From Octopus vulgaris (lineage: Eukaryota), in contig OX597823.1 of NCBI GenBank assembly GCA_951406725.2, positions 18,042,001-18,106,000 of the forward strand: a stretch of 64,000 bases of DNA, read 5' to 3'. How positions within the stretch are numbered: position 1 is the stretch's first letter; each line of letters begins with the position of its first letter. The position numbers and the translations under genes are program-made. This document shows, one piece after another, positions 54,765 through 64,000 of this stretch. The notes below the pieces were generated by a model that was given only the letters and a program-made list of their open reading frames with translations, had not been told where the DNA came from and ran no database searches.

Positions 54765-54970
54765 ATGAAAAGGTTGCAAGACGCAACGAAAATTTTAGAA
54801 AAATAAAGAATGAAATGAGTGGAATGTTTACCAGTGAGTGTGTTAAATTATAAGGCACAAAAAGAGAATGACTCTCCCCAGACACAACAGAATTTGCTTC
54901 AACACACGAAATCACGTAAAGAATCTTGTAAACTAAATCCCAAAAGGAAATCAACAGGGTATTTCTGTAC
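54765..54970 (+). mobile_element. Penelope-like tail module with HHR remnant; second copy at 41929-42117
   Basis: ATGAAAA-G-GTTGC-AAGAC-GCAAC-GAA-AATT-T; shared ~170-bp tail ending at a microsatellite. Confidence 0.55.
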
Positions 54971-55094
54971 GTATGTATGTATTTATGTATGTATGTATGT
55001 ATGTATGTATGTATGTATGTACGTATGTATGTATGTATGTATGTATGTATGTATGTATGTATGTATGTATGTATGTGAGCATGTTTACACACAC

Positions 55095-55133
<39 letters not shown>

Positions 55134-55134
55134 T

Positions 55135-55360
55135 GGCGAGATGGCAGAAACGTTAGCAAGCCGGGTGAAATGCGCAGCCGTATTTCGTCTGCCGTTACGT
55201 TCTGGGTTCAAGTTCCGTCGAGGTCGACTTTGCCTTTCAACCTTTCGGGGTCGATAAATCAAGTACCAGTTACGCACTGGGGTCTATGTAATCGACTTGA
55301 TCCGTTTGTCTGTCCTTGTTTGTCCCCTCTGTGTTTAGCTCCTTGTGGGTAGTAAAGAAA
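55135..55360 (+). mobile_element. SINE group A monomer in (TA)n
   Basis: Family match. Confidence 0.88.
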
Positions 55361-55481
55361 TATATATATATATATAGACATATAGAGAGTAGGCAGTTCA
55401 TATATCCGAAGAAGAAGCACACCCTAAAACGCTAGAGCAATATTATTTTTTTTAAGACGTTAATTGTTATGGCTGATCATA

Positions 55482-55533
55482 GAGTGACCATTGGTTTCGA
55501 ACCAATAAAGCCTATAACCAACTCGTCAGACTC
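55482..55533 (-). ncRNA. Type I hammerhead motif, canonical core and GUC, weak helix II
   Basis: Minus strand: GAGT-CTGACGA-G..C-GAA-ACCAATGGT-C-ACTC. Confidence 0.6.
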
Positions 55534-55816
55534 AAATGTTTCCCAGATGGTTACAGCAATAAATGTTATATCCGGAAAAATATAACATAACTGAATTTTA
55601 ATTAATCGAATTAATAGTAAAAACTGATGTGCTGTATTGTATAAGAACAGCGGCGTGGCATCGCTGAGAATGACGCATATTATTTTCCTGAATCTCTTTT
55701 ATTTAGATTCCGAGTTCAATTTCCACCAAGGTCGATTTTGCTTTTCGTCTTCCCGGAATTGATAAAATAAATCTGACTTAATTAACAGGGTCGATGTAAT
55801 TGAGGGTACATTCATA

Positions 55817-55831
<15 letters not shown>

Positions 55832-55847
<16 letters not shown>

Positions 55848-56217
55848 TAAGGTTGTGTGTCTGTCTCCTACGATTTAGATTCCGAACTACTCCCACATTT
55901 TGCGGTGCAGTTTAACCAAAAGCGGGTATCTTATAGTCGTGATTCATATCGAGCCCTTCTGGGTATTAGCGCGCGTCTACGATGAGTCTACGATTTTAAA
56001 AATAATTTACCATAATTTTTTTCCATTTTAATGCATTTTTTCGCTATTATATAAGGGAAGTAACCCTCTAAAAATGTCTACGATGAGTCAACGATTTAAA
56101 ATAAAATTTACCATCATTTTAATGCATTTTTTTGCTATTTTTTGGCTATAACTCTCTAAAAATGCTTATATAGTTATTTCCCTTACAAACCCGAGCAACG
56201 CCGGGCGATACTGCTAG
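55832..56217 (+). mobile_element. Non-autonomous Helitron, variant with internal duplication; 5' TC lost in (TA)n
   Basis: Family match, 3' hairpin+CTAG|T. Confidence 0.82.
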
Positions 56218-56809
56218 TATAGATATATATAAAACAGAACGAAATATTTTGCTGAAATAGTGAAATGTATTTCTCATATTTCCTCTCAAAACTCAATTGT
56301 TTCAGTTCTTGAAATGGTAATGCGCTGCTGGTTCCTGCTGATGTCGACTAAATTGTCATTTTACTTTTCAGCAATTTCTTTTTTCTCTTTTCCCTCTTTT
56401 TTTTTTTTTTTTAACCATTTAATCAAAATCGTGTGTAACGTCTAAAGAGACTGTTCTCCCTCCCACTATTGCCGGACTACTAAGCTGTCTCACTCTCTAA
56501 CAACAGCAGCTGTTCATGTGAAACCAATTAATTATTAGTTGAAAACTACTGTACCGTAACCTGGTTATTCAATTTTGGTGTAATATTTCTCCCTTATTGA
56601 GAAACCTGCCCCAGAATCTCTTTTCGTCAGCAGCACCTCCCATTTTATTTGAAATACTACCAAAGGATCTGGTTCCAACAAAAATAACATACATTATGAA
56701 CAGCGTATTTAAAATTACATTGCTAATCTATCCTTCCTGCTTGAAGGAGGTATGATCTGAGGGATATTTGGCTGCTTCTTTTTGTGTGTTGAGCCTAGAG
56801 TAATGCATA

Positions 56810-56993
56810 GGCGTAGGAGAGGCTGTGTGGTAAGTAGCTTGCTTACCAACCACATGGTTCCGGGTTCAGTCCCACTGCGTGGCACTATGGGCAAGTGTCT
56901 TCTACTATAGCCTCGGGCCGACTAAAGCCTTGAGTGGATCTGCTAGACGGAAACTGAAAGAAACCCGTCGTATATATGTATGTGTGTGTATGT

Positions 56994-57060
<67 letters not shown>

Positions 57061-57259
57061 TGTGTCTGTGTTTGTCCCCCACCAACATCGCTTGACAACC
57101 GATGCTGGTGTCTTTACGTCCCCGTAACTTAGCGTTTCGGCAAAAGAGACCGATAGAATAAGTACTAGGCTTACAAAGAATAAGTCATGGGGTCGATTTG
57201 CTCGACTGAAAGGCGGTGCTCCAGCATGATTGAAACAAGTAAAAGAGTAAAAGAGTAAA
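56810..57259 (+). mobile_element. SINE group B
   Basis: Family match. Confidence 0.85.
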
Positions 57260-57629
57260 GATCTAGCTAGACTACTTCTGAAAAGACGAGTCTTAGAATA
57301 CATTTGATCATATGTCGGCCAGAGGTAAACAACATTTTGAATAACTTTCCCCTTCAATTGTGGGAGCCTGTATGGGATCGCTCGAGATACTAAAAATGGT
57401 AGCTAAATCTCTCTAAAACTATTCTCTACTGTCTTTAAAACTGGTAAAGACATGTTCAAAATCAGAGCCTGAGATAGACTATTCTTATAGTGGAAGGATG
57501 ATCTCGTCCGGGATGTCTTTGAACATAGGTCTTTTCAGTCAGTACTAACAGACTAAGCTATAACACAATATTATTATTAGTGTTGTATCTTTGTTTAAAA
57601 TATGGTTGATGGAGAACTCGTCATACTAC

Positions 57630-57760
57630 AACTCTACACAGCGCTGAAATTCAGTGAAACTGGTTATCGTCTGGGTGATCATTTCCAGGTGTCAGGAACA
57701 ACTCTCAAGGAGTTCTAAAACCATTTTAACTCTACAATACTATTGATCGTTAATATGTGG
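57630..57760 (+). pseudogene. Possible Penelope GIY-YIG endonuclease remnant
   Basis: ETGYRLGDHF...NHFNS resembles GETGRRLGDRF..HFN; very decayed. Confidence 0.3.
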
Positions 57761-58149
57761 AATTCTCCAACACTAAGAGTCAAAATAACAAAGATGAGGG
57801 AAGTCGTTCGAACTTCAACTTTTGTTTCATAATTTATGACCGGACATCTCAATTTCCTTTTGTTTCTTATTCCTCTTTCTCCCCTTCCAAAGATCATCTC
57901 CACCTATCCTTCTCTGCTTATCCTTCTTAGAGCTCTATTGTCTAGTGTGTGTATTTATAGATATGTATAAATGATGGAACTAGGGAAATAATTTGAAAAG
58001 TTAGTAAGATACAGCTGTCTCAGTAAGATAAAGCTGTATCTTACAGAGACAGCTACCTTCCAGCTTCTGAAGTCCGTATGGCTCAACTCGTCTAACAAGT
58101 TACGGAACTCTGTCTGTATACCTCTATCATAATGCCGACTTATGCCTTG

Positions 58150-58540
58150 TGAGACGTAGGAAACATGAGAAAAGATCAACAGACTCTAAAGAACTGCAGA
58201 GGTTCTATTCGAACTTTGCATAAAGAGATTCTTGTCGTAATCATATCAGGAATGAAGGAGTCATGGAAATTAGTAACCTACAGGTTACCATCACAACTAC
58301 AGAGCGAAAGATGCGTAACCATATGTTGCATATGCTCAAGAAGAGATCAATGAGAACTTGTTTCGATTGGAATCCAAAGACGGGCGAAGGAGATGAGAAA
58401 GAACTCTAAAGACCTTTTTAAGGACCGTGGAGGACACGGCAGATATAAGCCACATGACCTGGGAGCTAGTTCGTAACGGATTGCGACCATGCTGGACGGA
58501 AATCTCTCGTCATCTCGCGAAATGAACAAAGACTAAGGTG
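58150..58540 (+). mobile_element. RTE-like LINE 3' remnant
   Basis: HIRNEGV; FDWNPK; RTVEDTADISHMTWEL. Confidence 0.45.
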
Positions 58541-59288
58541 TATGAGTACATTATTATGAATAAGTGCTTTATACGACTGGCCAAATAAGTTTGCCTTTCT
58601 TACATTAGAATTATCTGGAATTTTGTTACAATATGTTCTCTCCACCGAGATTTTCTCTTTTCAGCCTCTTCATGAGACCTCCACTTTGTCTTTCAACCCA
58701 TTTTTAAATACCTTTCGCTTTAGTCATCTACCACATCACTCTCTGATTTTCTCCTTCCTCTAACTGAACATTTTCTATGAATACGAGGAGAAAGGAAAGA
58801 ATGTAACGCTTCGGACACATGTCCTTTTTCATGGAGTGACAGGAGGAGTGACAGGCGGGAAAAAGAAAGAAAGAGAAAAGAAGAGAGACTCACGGAGAGA
58901 TACAGACTGAGACATACATACAGGCAAACATACAGGCAAACATACTATATAAAAGTGTTCATTCTTTGGTTGTAAAATTACGAAAGAGTACTTGAATAAA
59001 ATATAATAGTGATGTGGAAAGAGCGACGTTAGGAGAAAAGAAGAAAAGCCAGTGACCGGTTGTGTGAAAATTAGAGGTCATCAAGGAATGGATGAAATTT
59101 GTATAAGTAGCAGTCGAGAATTATTATAGATATTTGGTTAGCGTAGAGATCAATATCAGTGAAGAGAATTAAATAGTAGTGTGTCTACTTCGATGCACAA
59201 CATATACCATCTTGCAGTTCTGATATTATGGTCACGCATAAACAATCAACGTAAACAATTGGATGCCACAAAGCAACAATTATATTCT

Positions 59289-59718
59289 TTTCTACTCTGG
59301 GCACAAGGCCCGAAATTTTGGGGAAAAGACCAGTCAATTAGATCGCCCTCACACCAGTACGCAACTGGTACTTAATTTATCTACCCCGAAAGAATGAAAG
59401 GTTAAGTCGATCTCGGCGGTATTTGAGCTCAGAACATAAAGACAGACAAGATGCCGCTAAGCATTTCGCCAGCGTAGTAACGTTTCTTTTTTCTTTATTG
59501 CCCACAAGGGGCTAAACATAGAGGGGACAAACAAGGATAGACAAAGGGATTAAGTCGATTACATCGACCCCAGTGCGTAACTGGTACTTAATTTATCGAC
59601 CCCGAAAGGATGAAAGGCAAAGTTGACCCCGGCGAAATTTGAACTCAGAATGTAACGGCAGACAAAATACCGCTAAGCACTTCGCCCGGAGTGCTAACGT
59701 TTCTGCCAGCTCGGCGCC
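59289..59718 (-). mobile_element. SINE group A dimer with TSD
   Basis: GCAACAATTATATTC on both flanks (59273 and 59721). Confidence 0.85.
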
Positions 59719-59739
59719 TTGCAACAATTATATTCTGCA

Positions 59740-60180
59740 GAATGTGAAAGCAGAACTAAAAGAAGTTGATGCATGTTTCTTGGGCCCTGGGAGCCGGGGA
59801 ACTCAAGTTGAAGATAATGCTCGTTTCTTTGTGGTCCCGGTTTTTTGATATCCATAGTGTTGGAGAATACAGCAGTCTGAAACGTGGTCACAGAAGCCAC
59901 TGGGCTTAGCCATAAAACACCCAAGGATTCCTCAAATTCGTTGCTTGTACTACGTATACCCATGAAGAGGCCAGTGAGATCCACTCTCGAGTGGAAATCA
60001 AAAAGGGACACCGGAGGGGAGACAGACTTGTTAAGACCAGTCAAGACTTGACTGAAGACTGTCGAAGATGATTTGACAGATATTGACAGTCTGACCTGGG
60101 AACTGACTCATCACAGAACTTGCGACTGGGCTGAGTAGAAATTTCTCTGATACTTCATAGGGAGAGGAGCAAACTAAAAC
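59740..60180 (+). mobile_element. RTE-like LINE 3' remnant
   Basis: VLRIPMKRPVRSTLEWKSK..RPVKT*LKTVEDDLTDIDSLTWEL. Confidence 0.5.
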
Positions 60181-62864
60181 TAAGATGTATGACTGAATAT
60201 TCTATTTCCATATTCTTATGCTTGCGTATGTGTGTAATGCTACAGCTTTGAGAGTTCCTGGGATATTGTTGCAGGCAGCCAGCAAATATTCACGTAACCT
60301 ATCTTTTAAACGCCAACACGTTTATCATATGCACAATGCATCTCAGAGCTTGCAGATTAAGCAGTATAGTTTATTAGTCTCCTGGGTGCACATGTTCTTT
60401 GTGTCGCTTTGTTTTCTTTTCTTCTCTTGGCTGGAACATAATCTCCTTCTCCTGTGCAACATGAGATATTGGTTCCCATTACCATTCTCCTTTATTCTAA
60501 CCTTCTCCCGTTTCACCCACCTCCCACACAGTCTTCTTAATTTCTTAGACTTTGTCATTCGCAGCAATCTCCTCTCACTCTCTACATCACACTCTCATTT
60601 TTACCATTTGCTGGCCTAAAACCAAAGCGACGGTTAAAAGGTGTTATATTTTTCACTCCTCGCGGCATTGAAACGTATTGATATCTTCTAGGACCTAACT
60701 TCCATCACAAACTTTCTTGAAATTCTGGGTTTTATCTGTGTTGACAACAGCCCGCCTCGGCGGTTCTTCGCTTCTTCAATAAAACTCCAGTTCAAATCTG
60801 TATCCAGGTGGTCTATGCTAAATGTTTGTAATTCTCCTATTTCATGTTCTCTAACAAATTCCCCAATTGTGAGATCGTACAAGGCTCTTATATACCTCAG
60901 TCTAAGTAACTTTTGAAATAGTAAGTTACTCAAAACTGACTGCGACTTCCAAAACTAATTATTCACTGTGGAAAAAATTACTCGGATTAGATACAAAATC
61001 CTGAAGTTACTTCCCTTTCTGTTTAACCGCCAAATCAATCTTGAATACTTAGAGTCTAAACCTTAGACCTATCAATGACCATCCTGCCTTTCTATGACAA
61101 TCCTGCCCTTTCGCAGATACAGTGTGGCAATGATTTTATTATCCAATGTGTTATTTCACTTCTAAGACCACTAGGGTGAGATCGATGGAAGATTTCGCTG
61201 TTCCTTGCGGTAAATCATGTGACTACCTATCAGTGTTTCTTTCTTTCGTCTTTCGGATGAAAGAGTAGCTAGTTATTTACTGAGTTCATAGGCATAAACT
61301 ATAAAATCTGCTTCGGCTGCAATAACATGAAATGATGTTAAATGTTATATTAAATGCTATAGTGTTGTATTAAAATCGCTATTGCATATTGTTACATATA
61401 TTGTAGTGTACCATTATATTATTCTATATTATATTACATCATATTTTATTATATCATATTATATTATATATGATTTTATATCATATTATATTATATTATA
61501 TTATATTATATTATACTGATACAGAGTATTCGTAAATGTGATAAGACAGCAGACATTTTTAAATGCAAGAGTTCATTTATACCATTAAGATTATTTTGAG
61601 AAACAGGGTACTGAAGCGATTCTTGACAGTAACTGGGTAACGGCATTCTGTTTTTAGTAGTTTTATAGGAAATATGAATTACAGAAGATAGTCTTCTCCT
61701 AAAGATATCTAAGAAATAAAGTGCTAGGCGGGCAAAAAAAGAAGAACGAAAAAAAGTAGTATTTTTCCCAAGGGAAAATGTCTTCAGTTTAGTAAACAAG
61801 AAAACGTTTTATTTCTTTATTACTAAGTTAATATTTTTAAATATAAAGTAATGTTGTCATTTCATACGTTGTCTAATGTTTCGGAGGATGAAACGTGCTG
61901 ACATTTCTGTTGGAATGCTGTAAGAAGATGTTTTAAAAAAAACAAAAAAAAAAACAGAAGAAAATGTTCTCATTGTTTTAACGTTTCTTTAAAACTATTT
62001 CCAGCCTTGTCATTTATACGATTCTCTTCGTCCATCTGTTTTCTTTTCATTAGTATTTTTTTAAAATTTATTTTTCACTATGCTTTGACATTGGCTCGTG
62101 TTAAGCAAGGTTGAATGACAATGAAAATAAAATGGGTGAGTTCAGAAGCAGCATGATGTGTGAATTAAACGATCTTTGTTTAACTAAATAAGACAAAAAT
62201 ATAGACATATGAGTACCCATGACTATTATATCAGTAGATATTTAATGATTATAGATCAGAGGATTATCAGTTGAAAAAAAAAAAAAAAAACTCTTCAGTA
62301 GGGGCCACTTCGGGGGTTTTCTGTTCCGAGGAGCAGGAGGAATGACAGAGAGAAATTGGTAGAGAGCAGTAAGACCAACAACAACGACAGCAGTTCACAG
62401 AGGTCGCTGATCCAATGGAACTATATGTCGAAGATCTGGTACGGGAAGAGAAAGAAGAGCTCTCCTTGTCTTCTGTCCCAGAAGTGGTGGATATAGAAGC
62501 CTTAAAGGCAGCAGTAGATTACTACCACCCTATCTATTTTCAAGTACGCGGAGAAAATACGCACTGAAGAGGAATAGCAGACTGTTGCAGAGACAAGACA
62601 AAAATGACAGAAAAAGCTCGATGAGCGAAAGCAAAAGGTGTGTAACATATACCAAGAGACCCCACCACCACCACCAGTTTGTGGGAAAATATGGAGTTCA
62701 AGATCGTGAGAAGGAGCAATGTGTTACTGACATGACAGCTGAGTCATTAAACAATTAAGAATCACAACGATGTGGTGTACGAAGTGGAGTTAGATCTACA
62801 GGAGTCGGACAAAAGATGCTGGCGAAGGCCACATCAATAATTTACCACAGTTGTTGCTTACTGC

Positions 62865-63170
62865 TGGAGACGCAGTGGCCCAGTGGTTAGGGCAGCGGAC
62901 TCGCGGTCGGAGGATCACAGTTTCGATTCCCAGACTGGGCGTTGTGTGTGTTTATTGAGCGAAAACACCTAAAAGCTCCACGAGGCTCCGGCAGGGGGTG
63001 GTGGAGTCCCCTGTTGTACTCTTTCGCCATAAATTTCTCTCACTCTCTCTTCCTGTTTCTTGAGTAACGCTGCGATGGACTGGCTTCCTGTCCAGCTGGG
63101 GGGAACACATACGCCACAGAAACCAAAAAACCGGGCCTGTGAGCCTGGCTAGGCTTGAAAAAGGGCGACG
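62865..63170 (+). mobile_element. SINE group C head/body with a different tail
   Basis: Matches 18757 copy up to CTTCCTGTTTCT, then GCTGCGATGGACTGGC..GTCCAG. Confidence 0.8.
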
Positions 63171-63194
63171 TTTGTCGTTTTTTTTTATCGTTGC

Positions 63195-63400
63195 TTGCTG
63201 CTGCTGCTGCTTCGTACTCTTGCTTGATGGGGTTGGGGTCATCTCATCTTAGTGATCCGAGAGGCGTCATCGTGCATAGAGCTGACCAGCGCCAGTACTC
63301 CCCATCATCGACGGTCCCATGCCAGTCCTTCTACATCCCTCTGCAGAGCTTCCTTAATTACGTCCAGCCATCTTGTGCGGGGCCTATCACGAAGCTTCTT
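63195..63400 (-). mobile_element. RTE-like LINE 3' end
   Basis: Minus strand: RDRPRTRWLDVIKEALQRDVEGLAWDRR*W; ends in (GCA)n. Confidence 0.5.
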
Positions 63401-64000
63401 CCAGCCTGCAGCAGAAAACAGAAACTCCCAGAAGACCTTTTAAGTCTTTTTAATATGACTAACTTAAAATATGTGCAGTCCCCTTTGGTATCAACACAAC
63501 GAGTTGCAGGCAAGCAAAGTCGCTGAGCTCTTTGAGAGGGTAGATTACTTTATTTGTGTTTCATGTTTTTTAAATTACGACTTATACGTATTCTGTTTTA
63601 ATTACTGTTTCATACAATTATATATTTATTGTTTTTTCTTAATTTTTCTCAAATTTTCAATATGTTCTTTGCATAACGTTTTTACTCCTCCCCTTGACAA
63701 AACATTAAGAAATAAGTGAACAACAGATTGCATATCCTGTTATGATGTCTTCTGTATAAGTCTTTACTCTTCCCCTTGCTAAAACATTGAGAAATGAGTG
63801 AACGACACATTGCATGTACTGTTGTCTTAGACGTGACTAAAACAGTGGATAGTTAAAGCTGGAATGTCTTTGAAAATAATTTTGTTTTGCTTGATCAGGA
63901 TTGTCCTGAGGCTAAACAAAAACAACGACAGCAGCTACAACAATCTTTATAAAACAGGTTATGCTGAAAAATTTTAAAGTGCACGGAAAGGCATTCCAAA

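Noticed and set aside
62320-62840. Purine-rich coding-like stretch
   Set aside because: Multiple stops and no identifiable domain

Overview
Repeat-saturated eukaryotic DNA with no supportable host protein-coding exon, so probably intronic or intergenic. The SINE and microsatellite repertoire suggests an octopus/cephalopod genome (inference from recalled families, not a search). Contents: three R4/Dong-type RLE non-LTR retrotransposon fragments (two ending in TAA repeats), several decayed RTE-like LINE pieces, three tRNA-derived SINE groups (monomers, tandem multimers, modular chimeras), seven non-autonomous Helitron copies, Tc1/mariner-superfamily elements (deleted mariner, mariner MITE, pogo/Tc2-like MITE, DD37D maT remnant), a hAT-like MITE, a gag zinc-knuckle remnant and many microsatellites. 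Nearly all ORFs in the track are microsatellite or SINE artefacts. The most striking signal is about 14 type I hammerhead-ribozyme (HHR) motifs with short palindromic helix III, read by eye. They sit in small non-coding, Penelope-like modules, mostly in or next to (TA)n/(TACA)n tracts, and several form fold-back palindromes. One canonical HHR (46727-46807) lies in a 534-nt unit with a 65-bp terminal redundancy. Others carry recurrent core variants (U3-A8, U4C, A6U). Boundaries of degenerate repeats are approximate.
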